In this document: positions 8,716 through 18,497 of the stretch, piece by piece
Numbering within the stretch: the first letter of the stretch is position 1
How the letters are laid out: each line of letters begins with the position of its first letter
Virus record (IMG/VR): IMGVR_UViG_3300033061_002769
Location: 1,780-65,779 of that record
Reading direction: 5' to 3' (one strand)
From: a virus
Taxonomy: Duplodnaviria > Caudoviricetes
DNA: 64,000 nucleotides
Position numbers and translations under genes: made by a program
Notes under the pieces: generated by a model
Databases searched by the model: none
What the model saw: the letters and a program-made list of their open reading frames with translations, nothing else
What the model was told of the DNA's origin: nothing

Positions 8716-9699
8716 TCAGGAATGTGTGAGCACTGTTGTGCCCGAAAAATCAAATCGGAAGCGCACTTCTCTCAGGCCGGCCTTGCTCATTGCGTGACGC
8801 AGGCGTGTCTTGTCTTCCGCGTAGAACATCAGGAAGCCGCCGCCACCGGCCCCGATTAATTTGCCTCCCAGCGCACCGTTGTTACGTCCGGCCTCGTACC
8901 ACTCGTCGATCTGGGGATTGCTCATCCCCGCGGTCCTTTTCTTCTTGTGCTCCCAATGCACGTGCATGAGGTCGGCGAACTTGCGCAAATCGCCGCGCTC
9001 AAAAGCAGTCTTGCTCTCCTCGCCAAGCCGCTTGGTGAAATGCAGATTCTCCAGCATCTCCACGTCCTTCTGCCTGCTGCGGTCGTCCTGATCGCGAAGG
9101 ATCCCGGTGGCGCTCCGCGTGAAACCCGTGAAGAACAGTGTCAGGTTGTCTTCGAGGTTATACCGCGTTTCGGAGTCCATCTGCAATGGCTCAACAGTCA
9201 CACGGTCGTCCGGGTGGAAGGTAAAACAGGTAATGCCGCCGAACGCGGCAATGTACTGATCCTGTTTCCCGATCTTTTCTCCTACCAGGTCCAGTTCCAC
9301 GTGGCAGGCTTCCTCCGCCAGTTGCTGCACCGGCGTAATCTCCCTCCTGAGGACGTGCAATGCCCGCAGGAGGGCAGTAGTGAAGCTACCCGACGATCCC
9401 AGCCCAGTCCCTGCTGGGATGTCCGACAGGCTGGTGATCTCGATGTGGGGATCGTTGATTCCCGCAAGTTTCAGCGCTTCGCGGACGATCGGATGGCGGA
9501 TCTCATCCACGCTTTGCACCATCTCCATCTGCGAGTACTTGACGATAATCTCCCGTACGAAAGTCTCATGCAGCGTGATGTAGACGTACTTGTCAATGGC
9601 GGCAGAGACCACAAATCCGCCGAATTCGTGGAAGTAACTGGGAAGATCGGTTCCTCCTCCGCCCAGCGAAATGCGCATAGGGCTGCGAGTGATGATCAT
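8716..9699 (-). CDS. hddA: D-glycero-alpha-D-manno-heptose-7-phosphate kinase (GHMP family)
   Basis: RISLGGGGTD, PAGTGLGSSG, GKQDQY and GGKLIGAGGGGF. Confidence 0.9.
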   Translation of the reverse strand: MIITRSPMRISLGGGGTDLPSYFHEFGGFVVSAAIDKYVYITLHETFVREIIVKYSQMEMVQSVDEIRHPIVREALKLAGINDPHIEITSLSDIPAGTGLGSSGSFTTALLRALHVLRREITPVQQLAEEACHVELDLVGEKIGKQDQYIAAFGGITCFTFHPDDRVTVEPLQMDSETRYNLEDNLTLFFTGFTRSATGILRDQDDRSRQKDVEMLENLHFTKRLGEESKTAFERGDLRKFADLMHVHWEHKKKRTAGMSNPQIDEWYEAGRNNGALGGKLIGAGGGGFLMFYAEDKTRLRHAMSKAGLREVRFRFDFSGTTVLTHS

Positions 9700-10670
9700 C
9701 GTTCAGACTCCTGATAAACCTTGGCTACAATTCGCAGAGCTGCCTGGGCATCACTCAAGCCAGGGTTTGGTTCGCGGTTCTGCCGGATATCGTCGAGGAA
9801 GGCCTGGAACTCCGCCTCCCAAGAGTTGTCCGCCATAGGGTATTCCCAGATAAAGGTATCCGGCGGACCCATTTGTGTGCTCATCTTGTACCAGGCAAGC
9901 CGCTCCACGCCATAGCTGCCACCCAGCCCGCTAATCTCCAGCTTCCCCGCGCGCCCGTAGATCTCCAGTGAGAACAGATTCTTCCATTCGGTCCAGGTGG
10001 CATGCAAAAAGGCCACCTGGCCAGTGGGAGTCTTAAGCAACAGAAAAGCATTGTCCTCCACTGGCATCTGCCAGAAGTAGCGGGCCACCGTTCCCCGCAC
10101 CTCGCCGAAATCACCCAGGAACCACCGGGCTAAATCGATCAGGTGCATGCCCTGGTCAATAAGCTCTCCACCGCCTGATTTTTCGGGCTCCGCCCGCCAC
10201 TCCTTGTCATAGCCCGGTCTGCCACCGTGGCCATACCGACCGCGAACGAACATCAGGTCCCCGAGTTCACCCGTACGAAAGATCTCATGAGCCTTCTGAA
10301 GTGCCCGATGGTAGCGGTGGTTAAACCCTACTCGCACCTTTACGCCCATTCTTTGCGCTGCTACCGCAACGGTATCCAATTCACCGGCGCGGCGGGCGCC
10401 TGGTTTCTCGATTAGTACATGCTTGCCTGCCGCAGCCGCCTTCGCGGCAATCGGCGCCAGCATATCATGGGTCGTTGCGGCCAAAACAATGTCCACATCG
10501 TGGCACAAAATAGCCTCTTGCCAGTTCATTGTAGAACGAGCGTTGTGCTTCCGAGCCAATGATAAAACCCGTTCAAGATTCAGATCGCAGCAAACTGTAA
10601 CAGTAGCCCCACGTACGGTCTCGGCTCTCTTACATCCAATCCGACCACAACCAATGATAGCGACTTTCAT
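9696..10670 (-). CDS. Gfo/Idh/MocA family oxidoreductase
   Basis: GCGRIG Rossmann motif, HVLIEKP, GFNHRY and GGGELIDQGMH. Confidence 0.9.
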   Translation of the reverse strand: MKVAIIGCGRIGCKRAETVRGATVTVCCDLNLERVLSLARKHNARSTMNWQEAILCHDVDIVLAATTHDMLAPIAAKAAAAGKHVLIEKPGARRAGELDTVAVAAQRMGVKVRVGFNHRYHRALQKAHEIFRTGELGDLMFVRGRYGHGGRPGYDKEWRAEPEKSGGGELIDQGMHLIDLARWFLGDFGEVRGTVARYFWQMPVEDNAFLLLKTPTGQVAFLHATWTEWKNLFSLEIYGRAGKLEISGLGGSYGVERLAWYKMSTQMGPPDTFIWEYPMADNSWEAEFQAFLDDIRQNREPNPGLSDAQAALRIVAKVYQESER

Positions 10671-11617
10671 TAGTAGCTCCCCAAACGGCACCCTGTAAGA
10701 TATTCAATTGTCTTCACAACGCTTTGCCGGATGGTCAATCGAGGCATCCAACCAAGACTACGTATTTTGGTAGAATCCAAAAAGATGAAAGGACTATCTC
10801 CCGCCCAACCACGCTCGCCTTCGGAGTAGGTACGTTTAGGATGAAGACCCAAAAGCTCGGTAATCCAATCGATTGACCTGTCCACCGTACAGTACTCGTC
10901 TGTTCCCAGATTGAAGATGCTGACTCTGTCTTTCATCTTTCCCAAAGCAAGCACCATAGCATCTACACAATCCTGAACATACAGATAGGACTTGCGCTGT
11001 TTCCCATTTCCGAGCACGTCCAGTCTATCGGGATGTACCTGAAGCTGCTGGTAGAAATCGATCACATGACCATGCGTATAACGCTCGCCAAGAATCGATA
11101 CAAGTCGAAAAATACTGGACTGAAAACTAAAACTTTCACAGTAAGCGGCAATCAGACCCTCGGCTGCAAGCTTGGAAGCACCATAAAAAGAAGTCTGGAT
11201 CGGAAACGGGGCTCCTTCCGGAGTGGGAAATACATCAGGCTCCCCATACACTGAACTCGTTGAGGTAAACACAATTTTCTGGACGACGTTCTTGTGCATG
11301 GCCTCCAACACATTGAAGGTCCCTATCGTATTTTGTTCAAGATCCTTGCGAGAATGACGAGTTCCAAATCGGACATCAGCATTTGCGGCCAGATGAAAAA
11401 CCAACTCGACCCCCCGCATCGCATAAATAAGAAGATTGATATTGAACAGGTCGCCAGTTACTAATCGGAAAGAAGAGACTTTCAACGCCTGTTCAAGAAA
11501 TTCAAGACGACCCGTGGAGAAGTTATCAAACCCTACAACATTGTGACCTTCCGCCAGTAGCCGATCAACAAGGGCACTTCCAATAAATCCCGCAGCACCT
11601 GTAACGAAAACTTTCAT
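10670..11617 (-). CDS. NAD-dependent nucleotide-sugar epimerase/dehydratase (extended SDR)
   Basis: TGAAGFIGS, HLAA, TSSVYG and YGASK (YxxxK). Confidence 0.9.
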   Translation of the reverse strand: MKVFVTGAAGFIGSALVDRLLAEGHNVVGFDNFSTGRLEFLEQALKVSSFRLVTGDLFNINLLIYAMRGVELVFHLAANADVRFGTRHSRKDLEQNTIGTFNVLEAMHKNVVQKIVFTSTSSVYGEPDVFPTPEGAPFPIQTSFYGASKLAAEGLIAAYCESFSFQSSIFRLVSILGERYTHGHVIDFYQQLQVHPDRLDVLGNGKQRKSYLYVQDCVDAMVLALGKMKDRVSIFNLGTDEYCTVDRSIDWITELLGLHPKRTYSEGERGWAGDSPFIFLDSTKIRSLGWMPRLTIRQSVVKTIEYLTGCRLGSY

Positions 11618-12321
11618 CCGTAGTAAGCCTCAGCGTCTTCTTTACCTACCCAAATCTTTAAGACCGATAGATCGGGATCTTGCTTCCAATCACTTTCCCC
11701 CTCCGGACGGTGCCCAACACCTATTCCTGGACGACCTGGTAAACCCTTGATCCCTACACAATGTCCCGGTTCCTTGCTAAGTCCTGCAACCGACATTCCC
11801 TCCCACAACTGAACATCGATGAAAGTAGCTGACGGACGCTGACAGATCTTCTGAAGCCGATGTAACAGACAAAAACGAATTCCTGTCTGACACAAACTGG
11901 CATGATGCGCGTTTGGCAGTAAACGATACTGTCGGAAAGGAATGTGGTAATACCGCGCCGGAGTCTCTCCTACGATTTCATGTTTTTCCAGCATCTTGCA
12001 CATAAACTCCAAATACTCAGGAGAGTACCAATCGTCGTCTTCAATAAACAAAATACGATTATATTGTATCTCTGGAAGAGCTGCAAGAATATTCCGCGCC
12101 AGAGTGTTCTGCCCCGATTGCCATTTAGGTTTTGGATAGAGAATCGTAGCAAGCGTGTCCAATTGGAAATCCGTTTGGATAGTGGAAGGATCGCCATCGT
12201 CTACAATAATCCATTGAATAGGTGTATGGTAAGTTTGTCGAAGAACATACTTTTTGCACAAGACGAACGCTGCCGGTCGTCCTCCCGTAGGAGTTATTAA
12301 AGTCACTCCACCACTTTCCAT
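11614..12321 (-). CDS. GT-A fold glycosyltransferase
   Basis: LITPT, WIIVDDG and FIEDDDWY (DxD-type motif). Confidence 0.7.
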   Translation of the reverse strand: MESGGVTLITPTGGRPAAFVLCKKYVLRQTYHTPIQWIIVDDGDPSTIQTDFQLDTLATILYPKPKWQSGQNTLARNILAALPEIQYNRILFIEDDDWYSPEYLEFMCKMLEKHEIVGETPARYYHIPFRQYRLLPNAHHASLCQTGIRFCLLHRLQKICQRPSATFIDVQLWEGMSVAGLSKEPGHCVGIKGLPGRPGIGVGHRPEGESDWKQDPDLSVLKIWVGKEDAEAYYG

Positions 12322-13016
12322 TTTTCCTGAAGCCTCTGGTACATTTCCTGGGCGCTTGTTTCTTGATCCACCATTGTCCGCGAGTATGATACCGTAGCGT
12401 CCATCCTTCCGAATCCGTGTCGCATAACCACCTCTGAAGTCACTGCCAAACGAAAACCCGCCTCTTGAACCCGTCGGCAGTAGTCATTGTCCTCGCATCC
12501 GTATCCGTCAAAACGCGCATCCAAAAGGCCGACGCGATCAATTACTAAACGCTTCAAATAAACGCCTGTGAAGTAGAGAGGTTGTTTACTGTAGACCAAC
12601 CCGTCTTTGCCATACCGTGTGCTTTGCAAGAGATTGCCAACATTGCCCAAAAACTGGGGAGAGAGCAATCCGATCTCTGGCGAACCATGCGCATTGCGTG
12701 ATAAATCTACAAGACAATTCTCGCGAGTCCATTGTATATCGTCATTGACCAGAAACACGTCATCCTTGCCCGCAACTTGGATACCCAGATTTGCGTTTCG
12801 CGCAAAGACGAAGGGTTCAGGGCCTTCGAGGTAGTGCCATTTATTCGTATCAGACCAGAGACGGCGGCAACAGGGACAGACATTTTCACTCAATTGAACT
12901 CCGCGTGACTTGACTACAATCACACGGGCATCAGGTTCATAGCAAAGAAGCGAAAGCCGGAACTGCCGGAAGATGTCCTCAAACCCAGTCAGTACGACCA
13001 CAGTGACGTTAGACAC
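12303..13016 (-). CDS. GT2 glycosyltransferase
   Basis: FARNANLG, LVNDD and GLLDARFDGYGCEDNDYC. Confidence 0.8.
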   Translation of the reverse strand: MSNVTVVVLTGFEDIFRQFRLSLLCYEPDARVIVVKSRGVQLSENVCPCCRRLWSDTNKWHYLEGPEPFVFARNANLGIQVAGKDDVFLVNDDIQWTRENCLVDLSRNAHGSPEIGLLSPQFLGNVGNLLQSTRYGKDGLVYSKQPLYFTGVYLKRLVIDRVGLLDARFDGYGCEDNDYCRRVQEAGFRLAVTSEVVMRHGFGRMDATVSYSRTMVDQETSAQEMYQRLQEKWKVVE

Positions 13017-13788
13017 GTGGTTCGTCCTTCCAGAGCGTCAACGTCTTTGAATCTTTTATCCAGTTATGAGTGAAAGCGAGCCCCTTGTATTGCACATGCC
13101 AATTCCGAGCGAGATCCGTAGGGCTATACCGGGCCATACGCTCGTGAATCACTTTGCGTTCGGCCTGCGCTGCTGTCCGTAATGGATAATGTTTCAGAAT
13201 GAACTTTTCAGGGTGAATCCGAATACCGCCAAACCCCGCGAAGTGACCGCCGCTGGACGCCAAGTCTACTCGCTGACCAGTATTCTTCCAAGCCTTGACC
13301 TGACGTGTAGGGCTTCGGATCGGATCGTCTATCAGATAATAGCGGAAGTGTCGTTCAGGATCGCCCTGATATAGATCGTCGGTAGGCAAAAAATGATAGA
13401 CCCGATGATTGATAGCATTGTAGCCTTCAGCTTCCACCCGCTGCATGCCTTCTAGCAAGGTTTCACCCAGACGAGAGCTACGGCGGATCTCGTCGGCATC
13501 ATGATGAATGCACCAGTTTGCTGGAGAGACGAAAGCCAATTCCTCCACCCGTTTCAACATCAAGCCCCATTCATAATATTGCGACGGGCCATCGAAAGGC
13601 CACTTTTCGTATCCGACTAGTGGAAAACTGCGGGCAATGTCCGCACTATTGTCGTTGGACCAGTTGTCAATGATGTAGATACCGATACCCTGATCGTACA
13701 GATGGCGCAAGATCCATGGAAGGATGTCGGCTTCATTGTAGACACAGAGAAAGGCAGTGATAGAAAATCCTGCACTAAGATTGCTCAT
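13009..13788 (-). CDS. GT2-like glycosyltransferase
   Basis: VYNEADIL, IIDNWSND, HHDADE and LKHY. Confidence 0.75.
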   Translation of the reverse strand: MSNLSAGFSITAFLCVYNEADILPWILRHLYDQGIGIYIIDNWSNDNSADIARSFPLVGYEKWPFDGPSQYYEWGLMLKRVEELAFVSPANWCIHHDADEIRRSSRLGETLLEGMQRVEAEGYNAINHRVYHFLPTDDLYQGDPERHFRYYLIDDPIRSPTRQVKAWKNTGQRVDLASSGGHFAGFGGIRIHPEKFILKHYPLRTAAQAERKVIHERMARYSPTDLARNWHVQYKGLAFTHNWIKDSKTLTLWKDEPRV

Positions 13789-14365
13789 ACAATCCCGTAA
13801 ACGTGTATTTTCGGTACTCCGGACGCCATTGTGTAATGCCAGTCAACAGATGAAACGCAACCAGCATCCGGTCTACTGTCTCTCGGGTCCACAAGGCATA
13901 ATGTGCTTCTTGCAGTTCCGGATCATAGTTCACAGAAAAGTACAGATGTCCACCGGGTTTCAACACTCGTCGGATCTCTGACACCATCCGTTCTGGATTC
14001 GGGGTGTGGTCAATGACGTTGATACACCAAACGTAGTCAAATGAATTTGCGGGGGAACTCAATTCCTCTCCATCTTCCGCTCGGTAGTTAACCCACGGAG
14101 ATCGATAAGAAAAGATCTTGTCATACTCAAACAGTAGTGGGTCTACGGCTACGATAGGAGTCCCTTTGAATCCTAACGTGCTTACTAATCCACACCCAAG
14201 GTCCAGACCCAAACCGACCTCTTTCTCAATCTCACTCCACAAAAGTCCAGCATCAGCCCGATAGTCATTCCAGCGACGGTGCAAATATTTCTCCGCGTTG
14301 CCACCTTCTTCATCTACAAAGCAACGCCGCCAGAATCCCACCTCGACTTGTTGCTGAGAAGTCAC
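13775..14365 (-). CDS. Class I SAM-dependent methyltransferase
   Basis: LDLGCG, SFDYVWCINVIDH and EIRRVLKPGG. Confidence 0.9.
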   Translation of the reverse strand: MTSQQQVEVGFWRRCFVDEEGGNAEKYLHRRWNDYRADAGLLWSEIEKEVGLGLDLGCGLVSTLGFKGTPIVAVDPLLFEYDKIFSYRSPWVNYRAEDGEELSSPANSFDYVWCINVIDHTPNPERMVSEIRRVLKPGGHLYFSVNYDPELQEAHYALWTRETVDRMLVAFHLLTGITQWRPEYRKYTFTGLYEQS

Positions 14366-15240
14366 TGCAATACCTCCTGGTACACTTTCATCAACTTTTG
14401 CGCAACGTTACTCCAGGTCAATCGTCTGGCTGCCTCGTTCGGTCGCCAATCCCACAAATCCATATCATAAGCTTTCCGAATCTGCTCTTTGAAATACTCC
14501 GGCGACCCATTCGGGTCTACGGTTACCAACCCTGGATACCACTCATTACCACGATTAGCCGATGTCGCCAGCACCCGACAACCTGAGCAAAGAGCTTCAC
14601 CGATGACTAGTGACATTCGTTCCGTATGACTAGCCGACACAAAAACCTTACGGCGTTTATATTGCTCCGGCATTGCTTCATGTGGAAAACCCTGGAGGTA
14701 ATCGAATGGGATATCCAATACATGGCATGCTTCTTCAACTGCGGCCCGCCGCTTCCCATCGTTCTTACGAGCACCAACCGAACAAACTCCCACCCGATCC
14801 GATCCCTCACCAAATGCATGAAATATCGAATCTGTGCCATTCGGGATAGGAGTGTATGGAATACACTCCCCCAACCACACACGCATTTCCTCGCCCTCAG
14901 TACAGGAAAACGGGAGTATCACTGATGCCATTTGTAACCATGCTGCAATCTCTTTCGGCTTCAAGCCGCAGTCTTCGTCAGGATAGAAGATCGGAGTCAC
15001 CACGTATGGTTTCTCTTCCCACGTCGCTACCTTAAAGTTTCCCCGACTCCACAAAAAATTACAGTGGAACACATGTATCAAATCCGCGCGTCCCAGGCTC
15101 TTTAGGTCTTCCGTACCGTCCCAACAGTCCACACCTGCGCGTTGAAGAGCCGCTAGGGTAGCATCCAATGCAATCAGATCTCCTCCGAGATAATCCCGCT
15201 TCCGGTTCAGAAATGCTATACGCATCGCAGCTTCTCGCAA
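14362..15240 (-). CDS. GT-B (GT4-like) glycosyltransferase
   Basis: GGD motif, IPNG and VFVSASHTERMSLVIGEALCSG. Confidence 0.75.
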   Translation of the reverse strand: MREAAMRIAFLNRKRDYLGGDLIALDATLAALQRAGVDCWDGTEDLKSLGRADLIHVFHCNFLWSRGNFKVATWEEKPYVVTPIFYPDEDCGLKPKEIAAWLQMASVILPFSCTEGEEMRVWLGECIPYTPIPNGTDSIFHAFGEGSDRVGVCSVGARKNDGKRRAAVEEACHVLDIPFDYLQGFPHEAMPEQYKRRKVFVSASHTERMSLVIGEALCSGCRVLATSANRGNEWYPGLVTVDPNGSPEYFKEQIRKAYDMDLWDWRPNEAARRLTWSNVAQKLMKVYQEVLQ

Positions 15241-15872
15241 GTCCGTCGGCAGTACAATCCGTGGTCTCCGAAACCCATCCTTCCTGTACTATTGTTCGGA
15301 TGGGGACGGTAATGAAACAATGGCTCATGCAACGCCACGATCTTCCACCCACAGGAAACTATTTTACCCCACAGTAGCCAATCCTCATAGATGTCGCGCT
15401 GCTCGTCGTACCCGCCTACCTGTTCCCAGGCTTGCTTCCGAAACATCGAGCAGCAAAACAGGAGATTGCCCTCTAGAAAACGTTCCGCCGTAAAAGGAGG
15501 AGATACCCGCGCCACGCGTCCATCTGGCCAAACCAGACTTGGGGCCACCACTCCTACTTCAGACGTTATCAACTCTAAACAACGTTCGATGTACGTTGAC
15601 TCAATCCAGTCATCGGCATCCAGAGGTACAATAAACTCTGATCGAGCGGTTGTAATACCGATATTGCGGGCATTGGCCTGTCCCTGCGGCAAGCGGCTCA
15701 TCCAGATAATTCCGTCTCCCTGAGCACGGACCACATCGTGAGAGTTGTCAGTAGATTCCCCATCCACAACAATAATCTCATCGGGGCGAACCGTCTGCGT
15801 CAAAGCACTGCGGAGAGCATCAGCCAAGAACTGGCCATAGTTTAGATTCGGAATGACAACAGCGACACTCAT
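15216..15872 (-). CDS. GT2 glycosyltransferase
   Basis: VVIPNLNYG, IIVVDG, ARNIG, LDADD and EDWLLW. Confidence 0.9.
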   Translation of the reverse strand: MSVAVVIPNLNYGQFLADALRSALTQTVRPDEIIVVDGESTDNSHDVVRAQGDGIIWMSRLPQGQANARNIGITTARSEFIVPLDADDWIESTYIERCLELITSEVGVVAPSLVWPDGRVARVSPPFTAERFLEGNLLFCCSMFRKQAWEQVGGYDEQRDIYEDWLLWGKIVSCGWKIVALHEPLFHYRPHPNNSTGRMGFGDHGLYCRRTCEKLRCV

Positions 15873-16720
15873 ACAACTTCTTCTACCTTTCTTCTGAAGC
15901 TATACAGAATGTCCTGATGTGTAGCTCGCACATCGGAGAAATCCATCATATCCAAATCAATCCGTTCACCGACCAGAAAACGGTCGTTCAATTCTTCAGC
16001 ACTTCCACCCATGCTAACTTGGGGCCAGGCTGTCTGAACCAGATTATGAGGGATGCCTACCAGACTGCTATGCTGATCATAGAATATTTCCAGCGGTTGC
16101 CCCGACCGCTGCATATAAGCTTCCAACCTGTTGGGGCAATCGAACTCCAAACAGCGCACCAACGGGAGAAGGTCGTCGGTCCGGAATACATGACCATCAA
16201 GCGAGTAAGAATACCGGAAGTTCTCTGAGCCCGGAACCTGCTCTTTCCTAGTTACGTAATCCCGTTGAATGTTCTGACCCAGACGAAATGAAAAACACTG
16301 GCCAGACTGTAGTTTTGGAACAAGAGGAGCAGACCGATAGAATACATCGTCGTCTACCAGCATAGTTGTCAATGCTGTATCAGGAAGAATAAGTGAAAGC
16401 AAATCGTCCCGAAAAGAGGAACCCTGCTGAAGAAAGAAAACCTTAGAAGGGTGTTCCGCGATCAGGATTCGGTAGGCTTCCCGATATCGGTCCTCAGTAG
16501 CCAGGAACAGAACGGTGGCCGGAAGTAGCTGCGGAGCAAACCGTATCAGGCTCCTCAGTAGAGCATCAAGCTGGGTGGCCCGATCTTTGGAGAAAATGAT
16601 TGTGTTAATACTCACGTGAGGTTCAACAGGCGTTAGAGAAACCAACCAGATCCCGTCACGCATTAGGACACGAACAGGCGCTGGCGCATCAGATCTTTTG
16701 ATGAGAGGATTCGAGATCAC
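15869..16720 (-). CDS. Putative GT-A glycosyltransferase, paralog of domain 2 of the 1639-aa protein
   Basis: IIFSKDRATQLDALL and VDDDVFY; long near-identical blocks shared with 51357-56276. Confidence 0.6.
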   Translation of the reverse strand: MISNPLIKRSDAPAPVRVLMRDGIWLVSLTPVEPHVSINTIIFSKDRATQLDALLRSLIRFAPQLLPATVLFLATEDRYREAYRILIAEHPSKVFFLQQGSSFRDDLLSLILPDTALTTMLVDDDVFYRSAPLVPKLQSGQCFSFRLGQNIQRDYVTRKEQVPGSENFRYSYSLDGHVFRTDDLLPLVRCLEFDCPNRLEAYMQRSGQPLEIFYDQHSSLVGIPHNLVQTAWPQVSMGGSAEELNDRFLVGERIDLDMMDFSDVRATHQDILYSFRRKVEEVV

Positions 16721-17124
16721 GATTCGGGGCTCAGTCTATCCAACAATCTACCGCAGTATGGACAGTATATGATACCCTGGGCAGCAATGCAGCCGCCGTG
16801 TGAGTCGCAAGAATCAAGGTGGAATGAACCATCTTGTTCCTCATGGATGGGGTAAGATTTCCCCTCAGTGCAACCTGCATGAACCTGTTTGTATTCGTCG
16901 ATTGCTTCCTTCTCCTTCAAATACTTTTCGTAGAGGCTCGGGTCCTCCGTCTGCGCCTTGGAGCAGGCTTGCAGATAATCGATGGAGTCACGCCCCATGA
17001 TCTTTAGAGCTCGCCGGTCAAGTTCAGCTTCTGCAGCAGTGGCTGCTATCATGTATGGCTGAGGCGATTCTGACGAGGGTTTAGACGCGATTTGGTAATT
17101 TCTGCATCTCTTTTTATGTCTCAC
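16717..17124 (-). CDS. Hypothetical protein with a scaffold-C-terminus-like segment and a Cys-rich end
   Basis: RD.I...A..KA..E.P..Y..Y pattern shared with the scaffold C-terminus; CPYC motif. Confidence 0.55.
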   Translation of the reverse strand: MRHKKRCRNYQIASKPSSESPQPYMIAATAAEAELDRRALKIMGRDSIDYLQACSKAQTEDPSLYEKYLKEKEAIDEYKQVHAGCTEGKSYPIHEEQDGSFHLDSCDSHGGCIAAQGIIYCPYCGRLLDRLSPES

Positions 17125-17130
17125 GCTAGA

Positions 17131-17730
17131 TTATACTGGATTCTTGACCACCCACCAGAATCGAAACCTGACTTGTCTTTCAGGCAACAGTTCGTCTACC
17201 GCCTCAATTACTCCAAAGTCTTTCAGAACAACATAGTCATCGCCGCAAATCACCTTTCGGGCTTTAGGACCATACAAACGAATATCCCCTGCACAGCCTT
17301 CATAGCTGTGATCTCCGTCAATGTAGACTAAATCTGCTTGGTCTACTTGATCATAGACCAGTTTAGAATCTCCACGAACGACGCGGATCTTCTCCCAAAG
17401 ACCGACTCGGCGCATGTTTTCTTCAAACACCTTGAAGAAGTCCCGTGGGACCCCGCCGTTCTTGAGCACTGCAACCAGGTTGTTGTTATCGGGTTTCTCG
17501 GCAGGTTCATACCAACGGTCTACGCAGGTTATCGTATCGACTCGCTGGGCAAACCAGCCGGCAGAGAGCCCAAAGAGGGTTCCAATCTCAATCACTGAAC
17601 GGATATCATATTCCGCAATCAGCCGTTCTAACTCTTCGCGGTTCTCCTGGAGTAGCCAACCAGTCACTCCAGGTAAAGAATCAACCAGACCCGGGTTGAT
17701 TATACATTCCGCCATCGGCTTCCTTCGCAA
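17131..17730 (-). CDS. SAM methyltransferase (Methyltransf_24-like)
   Basis: IEIGTLFGLS, YIDGDHSYEG and ICGDDY. Confidence 0.85.
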   Translation of the reverse strand: MRRKPMAECIINPGLVDSLPGVTGWLLQENREELERLIAEYDIRSVIEIGTLFGLSAGWFAQRVDTITCVDRWYEPAEKPDNNNLVAVLKNGGVPRDFFKVFEENMRRVGLWEKIRVVRGDSKLVYDQVDQADLVYIDGDHSYEGCAGDIRLYGPKARKVICGDDYVVLKDFGVIEAVDELLPERQVRFRFWWVVKNPV

Positions 17731-18497
17731 GGAGCTGTACGTCCCTCAGAAAAAGATACTGAACCACTCCAGTCATTGGCTTGGTGAAAGACGGCCGGGA
17801 AAAATTCCCAATCGTATCCGAAGTTTTTGCCCGCCTGGCAAGCTTCCCGATAAAGTGGGATGCCGTACTTGGCTGCCAACAATGTTAGGATCGATTGGTC
17901 TGCACGGTGCTCCCGCTGCTCTGGCAATTCAGAAGCGTAGGTACTCGGCATGTTTGTGTTGGCATGGAGATTCAGCAAATACGTCTGCCATTCCATAAGC
18001 AGTTGTTGTACGAGCCACGGCCCTTTTTTGAAAAGCATGAATCGTCCTACTCCTGCCTTCAATGCATGATAACGCGGATCGTCCATCCCCATCACTATGT
18101 AGCAATCTCGTTTGCACCACTGCCGTTGCCACCAGGTCGAAGCCTCAAACAACATGATCCCGTCCCGTTCGGCAATCTGGTACAACGGAATGAGATTGGA
18201 AACCGGATAAGTATCTCCATCGGTATAGAGTACTATGTCTCCAACCTCACATCGGTTCAAGGCGTCCATGATGATATAGGATTTCCAACACCACCAACCG
18301 AAGCCTCGCCTAAAAGGAAGCGGTTCCCACAACCACCGATTGAGTGCGTAGAACTCCTGTTCGGTAAGCCATTTGTCATCATAGACAAGTACCTGGTCGG
18401 CCCCAAGTCGAGGCGCGTCCTCGACTATCTTTTGGACAGTCCGATCATAGACTGCTCCACCAAATGTGATGTAGACCCTTTTCATAACTCCTTCCAC
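17700..18497 (-). CDS. Putative glycosyltransferase
   Basis: RGFGWWCWKSYII, LYTDGD (DxD-like) and EHRADQSIL; paralog of 20962-21711. Confidence 0.6.
   Translation of the reverse strand: MEGVMKRVYITFGGAVYDRTVQKIVEDAPRLGADQVLVYDDKWLTEQEFYALNRWLWEPLPFRRGFGWWCWKSYIIMDALNRCEVGDIVLYTDGDTYPVSNLIPLYQIAERDGIMLFEASTWWQRQWCKRDCYIVMGMDDPRYHALKAGVGRFMLFKKGPWLVQQLLMEWQTYLLNLHANTNMPSTYASELPEQREHRADQSILTLLAAKYGIPLYREACQAGKNFGYDWEFFPAVFHQANDWSGSVSFSEGRTAPCEGSRWRNV

Noticed and set aside
8947-9714. 255-aa + strand ORF
   Set aside because: Antisense shadow of hddA in GC-rich sequence, with no motifs
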